Positions 33,706 to 44,346 of a stretch of DNA of 64,000 bases are shown one piece after another. Below the pieces are notes generated by a model. That model had not been told where the DNA came from, made no database searches, and saw only the letters and a list, made by a program, of their open reading frames with translations. Position numbers and translations under genes: made by a program. The DNA lies in assembly GCF_963976135.1 (NCBI RefSeq), contig NZ_CAXBKN010000001.1:22885-86884 (forward strand), given 5' to 3'. This DNA comes from an uncultured Maricaulis sp. Its GTDB lineage: Bacteria; Pseudomonadota; Alphaproteobacteria; Caulobacterales; Maricaulaceae. Position 1 is the stretch's first letter, and each line of letters starts with the position of its first letter.

Positions 33706-34998
33706 ATGACCTCGCACGCCCCCCGACTTGCCGCAGCCCTCATGCTCGCGCTGACCCTGCTGGCCCCGCTCTCGCCGGCCCGCGCCGACACGTCGCGCTA
33801 TGCCGCCTTTGTTGTCGATCAGACGACAGGGGTGGTGCTGCACTCGCGCCAGTCGGAAGCGACACGTCATCCCGCCTCGCTGACCAAGATGATGACGCTC
33901 TATATGCTGTTTCAGGCGATGGAGGCCGGTGAAATCGGGCTTGGCGACCCGATCCGGATTTCGGCCGATGCCGCCAATGCGCCGCCCTCGCGGCTCGATC
34001 TGCCGATTGGCTCGACGATTTCCACCGAGGAGGCGATCCGGGCGCTGGTCGTTCGCAGCGCCAATGATGTTGCCGTCGCGGTTGGCGAGCGCCTCGGCGG
34101 CACCGAAAGCGGCTTTGCCGCGGCCATGACCGCACGGGCACACGAATTGGGCCTGCCCGGCACCACATTCCGCAATGCCTCCGGCCTGCCCGATAGCCGC
34201 CAGGTGACAACCGCGCGCGACATGGCGCGGCTCGCCATCGCCCTGCAGCGCGACTTCCCGCAGTATTTCCACTATTTCAATGAGACCCGTTTTGTCTGGG
34301 ATGGCCGCACCTACCGCAATCACAATACACTGGTCGGCCGCGTTGATGGCGTTGACGGATTAAAGACCGGCTATATCCGCGCCTCCGGTTTCAATGTCGT
34401 GGTGTCGGCCGAACGGGGTGAACACCGGTTGATCGCCGTCATTATGGGCGGCCCGACAGCGGCGTCCCGCGATGCCCATGCCGAGGAATTGCTCGACGCC
34501 GCATTCTCGACGCTGGAACAGCGCGACGACCGCCTGTTGTTTGCGGCCCTTTCCTCACCGCGCATCAATCCAATCCGCCAGCAGGCACTGATCGCAATGG
34601 ACGTCGCAGCCCTCGGCCTCGCCGCGCCGTCGGAAATGGGGTCGGCGCAAGCCGCACCGCCACTGCGTATCGTGCTGGCCGATGAGAGTTCCGAACTCGC
34701 CGATATCCGCCCGGCCACCACGGACACACAGGTCGAGGCACCGCTGCTGCGCGGTGCCTGGTCAGTGCAGGTTGGGGCCTATAATTCGGCAGAGGCGGCG
34801 CGCGAGCGGCTCGATCGCGTAACGCCCGCCTCCCCCTACCTCAGGCTTGCTCAACCGGCAGCGCGGGCTGTCGAAATCGATGGCAATCGCCTGTGGCGGG
34901 CGCGCTTCGAATCACTCACGGCCGATGAAGCGGCGCATGCCTGTGCCGAGCTCGGCGCCCGCAATGAGCCCTGCTACACAGTCGCCCCCGGACGATAA
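33706..34998 (+). CDS. D-alanyl-D-alanine carboxypeptidase (S11) with C-terminal SPOR domain
   Basis: Signal peptide, HPASLTKMMT (SxxK), SAN, GLKTGY, WSVQVGAY SPOR motif. Confidence 0.92.
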   Translation: MTSHAPRLAAALMLALTLLAPLSPARADTSRYAAFVVDQTTGVVLHSRQSEATRHPASLTKMMTLYMLFQAMEAGEIGLGDPIRISADAANAPPSRLDLPIGSTISTEEAIRALVVRSANDVAVAVGERLGGTESGFAAAMTARAHELGLPGTTFRNASGLPDSRQVTTARDMARLAIALQRDFPQYFHYFNETRFVWDGRTYRNHNTLVGRVDGVDGLKTGYIRASGFNVVVSAERGEHRLIAVIMGGPTAASRDAHAEELLDAAFSTLEQRDDRLLFAALSSPRINPIRQQALIAMDVAALGLAAPSEMGSAQAAPPLRIVLADESSELADIRPATTDTQVEAPLLRGAWSVQVGAYNSAEAARERLDRVTPASPYLRLAQPAARAVEIDGNRLWRARFESLTADEAAHACAELGARNEPCYTVAPGR

Positions 34999-35108
34999 AC
35001 GCGTCGCTGTTTCAGGCCAAAAGCCGCCTGTCGGTTGACTTAGCCTGCCTGCTCGCACACTTTCCGGCGCCCTGACCGCAGCCTGGTCACCCTCATCCCG
35101 CCCCGGAA

Positions 35109-37814
35109 ATGAACCCGATGAATGTTGTCGTCGTAGAATCCCCTGCCAAAGCCAAGACCATCAATAAATATCTCGGCCCGGACTTCATCGTGCTGGCCAG
35201 TTTCGGCCATGTGCGCGATCTGCCGGCCAAGGATGGCTCGGTCAAACCGGACGAAGATTTCGCGATGATGTGGGAAGTCGACCCGGCCTCGGCCAAGCGC
35301 GTCAAGGCGATCGCCGATGCGCTCAAGGACTCTGACCGCCTGATCCTCGCGACTGACCCGGATCGCGAGGGTGAAGCGATTTCCTGGCATTTGCTCGAGG
35401 CGCTGACCAAACGCAAAGTCCTCAAGGACGTCAAGATCGAGCGCGTGGCCTTCAACGCCATCACCAGACAGGCCGTGCTCGACGCGATGGCGCATCCACG
35501 CGCCGTCGACATGGAATTGGTCAATGCCTATCTGGCCCGCCGGGCGCTGGATTACCTGGTCGGCTTCACCCTGTCGCCGGTACTTTGGCGCAAACTGCCC
35601 GGCTCACGCTCGGCCGGCCGCGTGCAATCGGTCTGCCTGCGCCTGATCTGCGACCGCGAGCTGGAAATCGAGAAATTCCGCTCCGAGGAATACTGGTCGG
35701 TGGATGCCGACATCGCCTCGGGCAGCGACAGCTTCCGCGCCCGCCTCGTCACCCATGACGGCAAGAAGCTGCAGAAGATGTCGCTCAAGGATCGCGCCAT
35801 GGCCAATGCGGCCGTCGCGGCGATCGAGGCTGGCAGTTTCACCATCAATGCCGTCGAGGCCAAGCCGACCCGGCGCAATCCGCCGCCGCCCTTCACCACC
35901 TCGACCCTGCAACAGGAAGCGGCGCGCAAGCTCGGCTTCTCGGCAACGCGGACCATGCAGACGGCGCAGAAACTCTATGAGGGTGTCAATCTCGGCGGCG
36001 AGACCACCGGTCTGATCACCTATATGCGGACCGACGGCGTCTCGATGGATGGCAGTGCCATCAACCAGGCCCGCGATGTCATCTCACGCGAACACGGCGC
36101 GCTTTACGTGCCCTCGGCGCCGCGCGCCTATTCCACCAAGGCGAAAAACGCCCAGGAAGCGCACGAAGCCATCCGGCCGACCAGTTTCTCGCGCCTGCCG
36201 GAATCGCTGAGCCTTGATGGTGATATGGCGCGCCTCTACCAGCTGATCTGGCGCCGCGCCATGGCCAGCCAGATGGAAAGCGCCCGCTTTGAGCGCACCA
36301 CAGTCGACATTGACAGCGCCGACAAGAAGACCGCCCTGCGCGCCGTCGGCTCTGTTCTCCTGTTCGACGGTTTCCTGGCCCTCTACCAGGAAGGCACGGA
36401 TGATGAGGAGGACGAGGCCGAAGCCCGTCTGCCAAAGGTCGTCGCCGGCCGCGATGTCGGCATCGCCAAGACCCATGCCGACCAGCACTTCACCCAGCCG
36501 CCACCGCGCTTCACCGAAGCCTCGCTGGTCAAGCGCATGGAAGAACTCGGCATTGGCCGGCCGTCGACCTATGCCTCGACGCTGCAAGTCCTGTCGGCGC
36601 GCGACTATGTCCGGCTTGAGAAGAACCGTTTCTATCCGGAGGACAAGGGCCGGGTCGTCACCGCCTTCCTCGAGAATTTCTTTGCGCGCTATGTCGAATA
36701 TGATTTCACCGCGGCGCTCGAAACCCAGCTCGACAAGGTCTCGGCCGGCGAGCTCGACTGGAAGCAATTGCTGCGCGACTTCTGGACTGATTTCCGCGCC
36801 GCCATCGACGATATCGGCGAGCTGCGCATCACCGCCGTGCTTGATGCGCTGAACGACGCCCTGGCGCCGCACATCTTCCCGGAAAAGGAAGATGGCAGCG
36901 ATCCGCGCCTGTGCCCGTCCTGCAAGGAAGGCACGCTGAGCCTGCGGCTCGGCAAGTTCGGCGCTTTCCTGGGCTGTTCGAACCATCCCGACTGCAAGTT
37001 CACGCGCCAGATGAGCCCGAATGATGAGGGTGCCGGCGATAGTGATCGCGAGATCACCGTCGATCCGGTCACCGGCTCGATGATCATGCTGAAGAATGGC
37101 CGTTTCGGCTGGTATCTCGAAATTCCCGGCGAGGACGAGGACGCCAAGCCCAAGCGCGCCTCCATCCCCAAGGGCTGGGATCCGCACACCCTGAGCGATG
37201 AACAGGCGATCAAACTCATCGCCCTGCCGCGCACCATCGGGGCTCACCCGGAAGACGGCGAGCTGATCACCTCGAATATCGGCCGCTATGGCCCCTATGT
37301 TCATCATGGCAAGACCTATGCGAACATTCCCAATGTCGAGGATGTGTTCGATATCGGGGTGAACCGGGCTGTCGCCGTACTGGCCGACAAAAAGGCCGGC
37401 GGCGGGCGTCAGAACTCCGCCACGACGCTGAAGGATCTCGGCGAACATGATGGCAAGCCCTTGCGGATCATGAGCGGCCGTTTCGGTCCCTATGTGAAGT
37501 ATGAGAAAATCAATGCCACCCTGCCCAAGGGCACCGATCCGGAGACGGTGACCGTCGAGCAGGCCATGGAATGGGTCGAGGCCCGCGCCGCCAAGGGTGC
37601 CAAGCCGAAGAAGAAGCCGGCGGCCAAGAAGCCGGCTGCAAAGAAAAAGGCTCCAGCCAAGAAGAAGGCTCCGGCCAAGGCTGCGGCAGCAGACGCGGAC
37701 GGCACGGCCAAGAAAGCGCCCGCCAAAAAGCCTGCGGCGAAGAAGGCCCCGGCCAGGAAGCCGGCCGCCAAGAAGCCTGCGGCGAAGACACCAGCTGCCG
37801 GAAAGGCGGATTGA
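35109..37814 (+). CDS. topA: DNA topoisomerase I
   Basis: VVVESPAKAKTI, LATDPDREGEAI, SAGRVQS, ITYMRTD catalytic Tyr, one C4 finger, GRFG/GRYG C-terminal repeats. Confidence 0.97.
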   Translation: MNPMNVVVVESPAKAKTINKYLGPDFIVLASFGHVRDLPAKDGSVKPDEDFAMMWEVDPASAKRVKAIADALKDSDRLILATDPDREGEAISWHLLEALTKRKVLKDVKIERVAFNAITRQAVLDAMAHPRAVDMELVNAYLARRALDYLVGFTLSPVLWRKLPGSRSAGRVQSVCLRLICDRELEIEKFRSEEYWSVDADIASGSDSFRARLVTHDGKKLQKMSLKDRAMANAAVAAIEAGSFTINAVEAKPTRRNPPPPFTTSTLQQEAARKLGFSATRTMQTAQKLYEGVNLGGETTGLITYMRTDGVSMDGSAINQARDVISREHGALYVPSAPRAYSTKAKNAQEAHEAIRPTSFSRLPESLSLDGDMARLYQLIWRRAMASQMESARFERTTVDIDSADKKTALRAVGSVLLFDGFLALYQEGTDDEEDEAEARLPKVVAGRDVGIAKTHADQHFTQPPPRFTEASLVKRMEELGIGRPSTYASTLQVLSARDYVRLEKNRFYPEDKGRVVTAFLENFFARYVEYDFTAALETQLDKVSAGELDWKQLLRDFWTDFRAAIDDIGELRITAVLDALNDALAPHIFPEKEDGSDPRLCPSCKEGTLSLRLGKFGAFLGCSNHPDCKFTRQMSPNDEGAGDSDREITVDPVTGSMIMLKNGRFGWYLEIPGEDEDAKPKRASIPKGWDPHTLSDEQAIKLIALPRTIGAHPEDGELITSNIGRYGPYVHHGKTYANIPNVEDVFDIGVNRAVAVLADKKAGGGRQNSATTLKDLGEHDGKPLRIMSGRFGPYVKYEKINATLPKGTDPETVTVEQAMEWVEARAAKGAKPKKKPAAKKPAAKKKAPAKKKAPAKAAAADADGTAKKAPAKKPAAKKAPARKPAAKKPAAKTPAAGKAD
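37604..37800 (+). repeat. Low-complexity KKPAAK/KKAPAK repeats in the TopA tail
   Basis: KKKPAAKKPAAKKKAPAKKKAPAK...KKAPAKKPAAKKAPARKPAAKKPAAKTP. Confidence 0.85.
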
Positions 37815-37819
37815 TCGCG

Positions 37820-40075
37820 GTGAGCGAACACGAAAAACCCTCCGGCTTCAGCCGGGAAACCCTGATCGAGGCCATCAAGCGCGGGGCCGGCGCTCTCGAC
37901 AAGCGCGGCCTGGCCCGCGCGCTCGGCCTCAAGACAGGCGAACAGAAGAGCTTGCTCAGACAGGCCCTCGGCGGTCTTGAAGCCGAGGGTGTGATCCGCC
38001 GCGACGAACAACGCAATTACGCCCTGGCCGGTGAATTGCCGCCGGTCTGCGTCGTCGAGATTACCGGCCGCGATATCGATGGCGAATTGCTCGCCCAGCC
38101 ACCCCGCGCCGATGGCGATACCCCGCTGATCCGGCTTGCGCCGGGCGAAGGCGCCGGCGGGCGCGGCGATGCAGCGCTCGGGGTTGGCGACAAGGCGCTG
38201 GTGCGCCTGACGCCGGACGATGAGGGCGGCTATGAAGCACGCCTGATCCGCAAGCTGGGACATTCGGTCCAGAAGATCCTCTGCGTCCTGCGCAAGCCCG
38301 CCAAGGGCCCCTATCGTTTGATCCCGGTTGATCGCCGCTCGCGGCATGAACTCGTGCCGGCCAAGGGCGAATCCGACAAGGCCAATGATGGCGATCTGGT
38401 GGTGTGCGAACTCGCCAAGGAACGCCGCAACGGGCTGAAGACGGCAACGATTCTGGAAGTCCTCGGCGATGTCGATTCGCCCGGTGCCGGCAGCGTCATT
38501 GCGCTGCACTCGCATGGCGTCCCGATGGGGTTCGCCGATCTGGAGATGCGCGAAGCGGAAACCATCGCCTCGGCGAAACGGCAAGGTCGCGAAGATCTGC
38601 GCGCTTTGCCCCTGCTGACCATCGATCCGGAAGACGCCAAGGACCATGACGACGCCGTCTGGGCCGCTGCTGATACTGATCCAAGGAATGAAGGTGGCTG
38701 GATCGTGATGGTCGCGATCGCCGATGTCGCCGCCTATGTCACGCCCGGCAGCGAGCTAGATCGCGGCGCCTTCAAGCGTGGCAATTCGGTCTATCTGCCC
38801 GACCGCGTCGTGCCGATGCTGCCCGAACGCCTGTCCAATGATTTGTGCTCCTTGCGCGAGGGCGAGGAACGTCCCTGCCTGGCTGTGCGCATGGTGTTCG
38901 ACGCCCGCGGCCAGAAGAAGAGCCATAAATTCCTGCGCGGCTGGATGAAGTCGGCTGCCAAGCTCTCCTATAACGACGCCCAGGCGGCGATTGACGGCAA
39001 GGGCGACGCCAAGGCGAATGCCCTGCTCGACACAGTCCTGCGGCCGCTCTGGAGCGCCTACGCCGCCCTGTGCATCGCTCGCGCCAGACGCGAACCGCTT
39101 GAGATCGACTCGCCCGAACGGCGCGTCCGGGTCGGTGCCGACGGCCAGGTGACGGGGATTGAGCTGCGCGAGCGCTTCGACGCCCACCGCCTGATCGAGG
39201 AATGCATGATCCAGGCAAATGTCTGTGCGGCCGAGACCCTCGAGGAGCGACGCGTGCCCCTGATCTACCGGGTGCATGAAGAACCTTCCCGCGAAAAGAT
39301 CGATGCACTGGCGGACTATCTGCCCAATGTCGGTTTGAAGTGGACGCGCGGCGACAAGATCGCGACCAGCCGCTTCAACCATCTGCTCAAGCAGGCCAAG
39401 GGCGGCGAACATTATGAGACCGTCAATGAGGTCGTTCTGCGCAGTCAGTCACAGGCCGTCTATCACACTGTCAATCAGGGCCATTTCGGCCTGCATCTGC
39501 AGCGCTATGCCCATTTCACCTCGCCGATCCGACGCTATGCCGACCTCACCGTCCACCGGGCCCTGATCCGCGCCCTCGATCTGGGCAATGACGGCCAGAG
39601 CGATGAGGAACGCAGCCGCCTGACCTCGATCGCCGAGGAAATCACCCAGCTGGAACGGCGCGCCATGGCCGCCGAACGCGATGCGGTTGACCGCTTTGTC
39701 GCGCTCTATCTGGCCGATCATGTTGGCGGGGAATTCCCCGGCCGCATCACCGGCGTGACACGCTTTGGCGCCTTTGTCCGCCTCGCCGCCACCGGCGCCG
39801 ACGGGCTGGTGCCGATCAGCCGTCTGGGCGAGGAGCGCTTCGTCCATGATGATCGCGCCCACGCCCTGATCGGCGAACAGACCGGTGGCCGCTACCGGCT
39901 CGGCATGTCTGTCACCGTGAAAATCGAGGAAGCCACCCCGATCACCGGGGGCCTCCTGCTGGACATGGTCACCGAGGCCGAACCGGGCCCTCGCCCCAAG
40001 CGCGGTACGGGCCGCAGCGCTCCGGCTGGCGGCCGCACCGGCGGTCGGCCCTGGAAAAAGGGAAAACGGCGGTGA
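37820..40075 (+). CDS. rnr: Ribonuclease R
   Basis: GTG start at 37820; TIDPEDAKDHDDA, VAIADV, HFTSPIRRYADL, S1 domain. Confidence 0.95.
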   Translation: MSEHEKPSGFSRETLIEAIKRGAGALDKRGLARALGLKTGEQKSLLRQALGGLEAEGVIRRDEQRNYALAGELPPVCVVEITGRDIDGELLAQPPRADGDTPLIRLAPGEGAGGRGDAALGVGDKALVRLTPDDEGGYEARLIRKLGHSVQKILCVLRKPAKGPYRLIPVDRRSRHELVPAKGESDKANDGDLVVCELAKERRNGLKTATILEVLGDVDSPGAGSVIALHSHGVPMGFADLEMREAETIASAKRQGREDLRALPLLTIDPEDAKDHDDAVWAAADTDPRNEGGWIVMVAIADVAAYVTPGSELDRGAFKRGNSVYLPDRVVPMLPERLSNDLCSLREGEERPCLAVRMVFDARGQKKSHKFLRGWMKSAAKLSYNDAQAAIDGKGDAKANALLDTVLRPLWSAYAALCIARARREPLEIDSPERRVRVGADGQVTGIELRERFDAHRLIEECMIQANVCAAETLEERRVPLIYRVHEEPSREKIDALADYLPNVGLKWTRGDKIATSRFNHLLKQAKGGEHYETVNEVVLRSQSQAVYHTVNQGHFGLHLQRYAHFTSPIRRYADLTVHRALIRALDLGNDGQSDEERSRLTSIAEEITQLERRAMAAERDAVDRFVALYLADHVGGEFPGRITGVTRFGAFVRLAATGADGLVPISRLGEERFVHDDRAHALIGEQTGGRYRLGMSVTVKIEEATPITGGLLLDMVTEAEPGPRPKRGTGRSAPAGGRTGGRPWKKGKRR

Positions 40076-40752
40076 GTGACGAGACACGCAAACCCGCGAC
40101 CAAAGCCCTGCGCCCCCGCCTGGCCGCCTCGCTAATCCTGACCCGCGGCAGCCGCCAGACGACGGAAGTGCTGATGGGGCGCCGCTCGGCACGGCATGTG
40201 TTCATGCCAAACAAATACGTATTTCCGGGGGGCCGCGTGGATCGCGCTGATCTCACAGCGCCCCTGGCGAAGGATCTCCCGTCAGACATTCTGACGGTCA
40301 TGAGCCGGGTTATGCCCGAACGCCGGGCGCGGGCGGCCGCCATCGCCGCTGTGCGCGAAACGGCTGAAGAAACCGGTCTTCTGATCGCACGCGAAGCGGT
40401 GATCCGCTCGCGGCACGACAATTGGGCCCCCTTCCGGGCCTCCGGCGTCGCTCCCGATCTGTCAGGCCTGCGCCTGATCACCCGTGCGGTGACGCCACCG
40501 GGGCGATCGCGGCGTTTCGACACCTGGTTTTTTACTGCCGATGCCAGCGCCTTGTGCGATGAACGGGCGCCGGAGCCGAGCTCCGAGCTTGAAGATGTAC
40601 AATGGGTGCCGCTGGACAGGGCCCGCACGCTGGACCTGCCAATGGTGACGCACTTCGTGCTCGACGAGCTCGGCCGTGTCCTGCCGCCATCACCTCAGCC
40701 AACCCGCTGGATACGCGACGTACGTGGCAAGATGGCAATCGAGACTCTGTGA
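40072..40752 (+). CDS. NUDIX hydrolase
   Basis: VFPGGRVD...AAVRETAEETGL Nudix box; GTGA overlap with rnr. Confidence 0.9.
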   Translation: MSDETRKPATKALRPRLAASLILTRGSRQTTEVLMGRRSARHVFMPNKYVFPGGRVDRADLTAPLAKDLPSDILTVMSRVMPERRARAAAIAAVRETAEETGLLIAREAVIRSRHDNWAPFRASGVAPDLSGLRLITRAVTPPGRSRRFDTWFFTADASALCDERAPEPSSELEDVQWVPLDRARTLDLPMVTHFVLDELGRVLPPSPQPTRWIRDVRGKMAIETL

Positions 40753-40809
40753 CCGGCCCAGGTGCACAAATCAACTGACGCACAATGCGGCGCTGCCTAT
40801 AGCTGAGCC

Positions 40810-41988
40810 ATGTTTACGCGTCTGACAGCTCCACAATATGGGAATACCCGCGCCCTGATTGCGGCGATCTGCTGCGCTGCCGTGTGCGGCATCGTATTTG
40901 GCCTGTCCATGCCGTTGATTTCACTACGTTTGGAATCCATGACCGGGTCCGCTCTCGTGATCGGCCTGAACGGCGCAGCCCTCGGCGTTTCGACCCTGGT
41001 GATGGCGCCACTGGTGCCACGCCTGATGGCGATGGTGCCGGCGCGGACGCTGTTGATCGGATCCCTCAGCCTCGCGGCGGTGACTTTTTTGCTCTTCCCG
41101 GCTTTGCCATCCGTCGCGCCCTGGTTCGTCCTTCGCTTCGTCGTCGGTTGCTTCATCACCGTGGTCTTTGTCGTCTCGGAAACCTGGATCAACCAAATCG
41201 TGACGCCGGAACGCCGCGCCTTCATGCTCGGCGTTTACGGCACCGCCTTGGCCGGCGGGTTCGGGATTGGCGGGTTGATCTTCGCCGGCTTCGGCCCGGC
41301 CGGCGATCTACCCTTCTTTCTCGCCAGCGCCGTGTTTCTGATCGGCATCGCTCCGGTTGCCCTGCTCCAGAGCCCTCAGGCCGTCGCCCCGGCGCGGGAG
41401 GACTCCTCGATGAGCGCAATCCTCAATGCAGCCGGATCGGCGCCTGCGGCCATCCTGGCGGGCCTCGCCTTCGGCGCGATCGAAACCTTGATCTTCTCGA
41501 TGCTGCCCGTCTATGCCGAACGTATCACGATTGATCCGGTTTCGATTGGCATGATGGTCTTCGCCGTCGCCATGGGCGTGCTCTCCTTCCAGATACCGCT
41601 CGGCTGGATCGCTGACCGGACCGACCGGCGCGGCACACTGATCGCGATTGCTGCGGTCGCGACGCTGGGACCAGTCCTCGTCTGGATGGCGGGGACACAT
41701 CTCGGCCTGCTTCTGCCGATACTCTTTATCCAGTCCGGTATCGCCAGCGGGCTCTATACGGTGGGCCTATCACTGCTGGGCGAACGCTTCACCGGCGGAC
41801 GGATTGCGGCGGCCAACGCGGCCTTCATTTTTGCCTATGGGCTTGGCTCGCTGCTCTCGCCTCCGGCTGCGGGCGTGGCGATGGACGGCGTTGGGCCGGC
41901 CGGCCTGCTGGTCGTGCTGGCTGCAACCGCGGGCGCCTATCTGCTCTTCCTCGCTGCGACGCACCTGAAAGCGGCGCGTAGCAGTTGA
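40810..41988 (+). CDS. MFS transporter (YcaD-like)
   Basis: About 12 TM segments; VSETWINQIVTPERRA and GWIADRTDRR motifs. Confidence 0.9.
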   Translation: MFTRLTAPQYGNTRALIAAICCAAVCGIVFGLSMPLISLRLESMTGSALVIGLNGAALGVSTLVMAPLVPRLMAMVPARTLLIGSLSLAAVTFLLFPALPSVAPWFVLRFVVGCFITVVFVVSETWINQIVTPERRAFMLGVYGTALAGGFGIGGLIFAGFGPAGDLPFFLASAVFLIGIAPVALLQSPQAVAPAREDSSMSAILNAAGSAPAAILAGLAFGAIETLIFSMLPVYAERITIDPVSIGMMVFAVAMGVLSFQIPLGWIADRTDRRGTLIAIAAVATLGPVLVWMAGTHLGLLLPILFIQSGIASGLYTVGLSLLGERFTGGRIAAANAAFIFAYGLGSLLSPPAAGVAMDGVGPAGLLVVLAATAGAYLLFLAATHLKAARSS

Positions 41989-42012
41989 CACCTGCTGCGC
42001 CTTGCGTATGTT
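41985..42012 (+). promoter_or_regulatory. Sigma70-type promoter for rpmG
   Basis: TTGACA-N16-TATGTT about 60 bp upstream of rpmG, overlapping the MFS stop codon. Confidence 0.7.
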
Positions 42013-42071
42013 CGCGCGCTCTCGCGACGGCATGGGGCCGAGCGCGCGCGCAGCATCAGGACGACTGAGCC

Positions 42072-42239
42072 ATGGCGAAACCTACTACCATCAAGATCCG
42101 CCTGAACTCCACGGCTGGCACGGGATATTTCTACGTGACCAAGAAAAACGCGCGCACCATGACCGAAAAGCTCGTGCTGAAAAAGTACGACCCGGTTGCC
42201 CGCAAGCACGTCGAGTTCAAAGAAGGCAAAATCAAGTAA
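42072..42239 (+). CDS. rpmG: 50S ribosomal protein L33
   Basis: Hand translation [55 protein letters not shown] (55 aa). Below the ORF track cutoff. Confidence 0.98.
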   Translation: MAKPTTIKIRLNSTAGTGYFYVTKKNARTMTEKLVLKKYDPVARKHVEFKEGKIK

Positions 42240-42413
42240 GACGGGTTTCTGTCTGACTTGCCAAGCGTAGATCGGGCCGCAGCACACGCTGCGGCCTTCT
42301 GCGTGTTTGGACGACGGGTCGTGCGCAATTGCGGAAAATCGGGTGTCTGAGGCCGGAGCTGCGCGCAGAAACCCCGGCGGCAAGACTGACAGCAATGAGA
42401 TGATCAACCGGTA

Positions 42414-43778
42414 TCAGGCCGCGACGCTGGTGGCCGCCTCGACGCGGTTACGTCCCTCGCCCTTGGCGAGATAGAGCGCTTCATCCGCCCGGCGCAACAG
42501 AGATTCGGCGGTTTCGCCATCCTCGGCCTGGGCACAGCCAATACTCACCGTCACGCTGGTGGTACGGCCGTCACCGATCGCGAACGGCTCGGCCGCAATC
42601 GAGGCCCGCAGACGCTCGGAGGCGCCCCTCGCCTCTGCCAGCCCGGCCCCGGGCATGACAATCACGAACTCCTCGCCGCCATAGCGCGCCGCCAGATCGA
42701 GCGCGCGCAGATCGCGCTGTATCCGCTCGGAGAAACCGCGCAAGACATAGTCGCCGCCTTCATGGCCAAAGCGGTCATTAATGCTCTTGAAGTGATCGAT
42801 ATCGGCGATCAGCAGGGAGACCGGCGCGCCGCCATTATTGGAGCCTTCCATCGCCTGATGCAGGCGCGAGGCGATATAGCGGCGATTATGCAATCCCGTC
42901 AGCGGATCGGTGATCGCCATTTCCAGGCTCTCATCGAGCTGGGTGCGCAATCGATCCGCATAGCGCTTGCGCCGCAACTGGGTGCTCACACGGGCCATCA
43001 TCTCGCCGGCATCGACCGGACGATGGATAATATCATTCACGCCCAGATCGAGAGCGCGCACAGCGCTCGGGGTATCCCCGGGATTGATCACGGCCAGGAT
43101 CGGCATTTGCCGGGTCGCGGCGTCGGCACGGACACGGGCACAAAGCCGCAGGCCGTCAAAGCCCGGCGAGGTCAGGTCGACAATCAGAAGATCGGCGTTT
43201 TTCCGCGCCGCTTCGAGCCCCTTGACCGGGTCCGTCTCGACCTGGGTGCGGACCTGGGCGGGCATCGCCGCGGCATAGCGGGTCGCGGCGCGCGAATCGG
43301 CGCTGATCACGACGGCACAGGCCACGGATTCCAGCTCGCCGAGCGGCTCCGACATCACATGGCTCAGCGCATCGCTCGATTCGCGGTGGCGCAATTCATC
43401 GAGCACTGTCTTCAGGCGCAGAAGGGAGCGCACCCGTGCAAACAGGGTGACATCATCAATCGGTTTGGTGAGAAAATCATCGGCACCGGATTCCAGGCCG
43501 CGGATACGGTCTTCGCGCTGATCGAGCGCGGTCACCATCACAACAGGGATATGCCGGGTGCGCGGCTCGTCTTTGAGCAGCCGACAGGTCTCATAGCCAT
43601 CCATGCCGGGCATCATGACATCAAGCAGAATCAGATCGGGCTGTTCAAGCTTGGCCGCTTCGATGGCCGCGAATCCGTCAACAGCCGTGCAGACGTCGAA
43701 ATATTCGGCCTGAAGCTTGGCCTCAAGCAGCCGGACATTGGCCGGCTGGTCATCAACAACCAGGATTCGCGCGCTCAT
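42414..43778 (-). CDS. pleD: Two-receiver diguanylate cyclase PleD
   Basis: MSARILVVDD, LLDVMMPGMDG, second receiver, RALD I-site, RYGGEEF; follows divK. Confidence 0.96.
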   Translation of the reverse strand: MSARILVVDDQPANVRLLEAKLQAEYFDVCTAVDGFAAIEAAKLEQPDLILLDVMMPGMDGYETCRLLKDEPRTRHIPVVMVTALDQREDRIRGLESGADDFLTKPIDDVTLFARVRSLLRLKTVLDELRHRESSDALSHVMSEPLGELESVACAVVISADSRAATRYAAAMPAQVRTQVETDPVKGLEAARKNADLLIVDLTSPGFDGLRLCARVRADAATRQMPILAVINPGDTPSAVRALDLGVNDIIHRPVDAGEMMARVSTQLRRKRYADRLRTQLDESLEMAITDPLTGLHNRRYIASRLHQAMEGSNNGGAPVSLLIADIDHFKSINDRFGHEGGDYVLRGFSERIQRDLRALDLAARYGGEEFVIVMPGAGLAEARGASERLRASIAAEPFAIGDGRTTSVTVSIGCAQAEDGETAESLLRRADEALYLAKGEGRNRVEAATSVAA

Positions 43779-43789
43779 CGCATCGCCCC

Positions 43790-44155
43790 CTAATCGAGAA
43801 ACTGTCGGACGGTTTCGATAAAGGTGGTCACCGTGATCGGTTTCGACAGATAGGCCTCGCAGCCCCCCTGGCGAATCCGCTCCTCATCCCCCTTCATCGC
43901 GAACGCGGTCACTGCCACAATCGGAATCGAGCACAAGGTCTCGTCATCCTTCAGCCATTTGGTGACTTCAAGGCCGGATACCTCCGGCAATTGAATATCC
44001 ATCAGGATGAGATCGGGCAGATGTTCACGGGCCATTTCCATGGCCTTGAAGCCGTCCTTGGTCTGCAAGGTCTCATAACCATGAGCCTCGAGCAGATCGT
44101 TGAACAGCTTCATGTTCAGCTCGTTGTCTTCGACAATCAGGACCTTTTTGGGCAT
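43790..44155 (-). CDS. divK: Single-domain response regulator DivK
   Basis: [58 protein letters not shown]. Confidence 0.96.
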   Translation of the reverse strand: MPKKVLIVEDNELNMKLFNDLLEAHGYETLQTKDGFKAMEMAREHLPDLILMDIQLPEVSGLEVTKWLKDDETLCSIPIVAVTAFAMKGDEERIRQGGCEAYLSKPITVTTFIETVRQFLD

Positions 44156-44285
44156 GACCTGCAGCATGTCGATGACGCGCTTCCCGTTGTTTGAGCGCTT
44201 GTAACGCGCCTGTTGAACCCCATCCGCAATAAACCCGATCTTCCTTAACCAACAATGAGTCAGCGGCCACTTTCATCGCCAAAGG

Positions 44286-44300
44286 GAACAAGATAAGAAC
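44286..44300 (+). promoter_or_regulatory. Alphaproteobacterial LexA (SOS) box GAAC-N7-GAAC
   Basis: GAACAAGATAAGAAC, 46 bp upstream of the ROK-dinB operon. Confidence 0.75.
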
Positions 44301-44346
44301 AAATGACGGCCTGGGTAGTATATCGGCACCGGAAAGCGGCGAAAGC

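Noticed and set aside
37571-37819. Extended rnr start overlapping the topA tail
   Set aside because: An alternative-frame reading of the topA repeats; GTG 37820 just after the topA stop fits better.
44245-44259. Possible CtrA site upstream of divK (TTAA-N7-TGAG)
   Set aside because: Only one good half-site; too weak to call without ChIP or PWM data.
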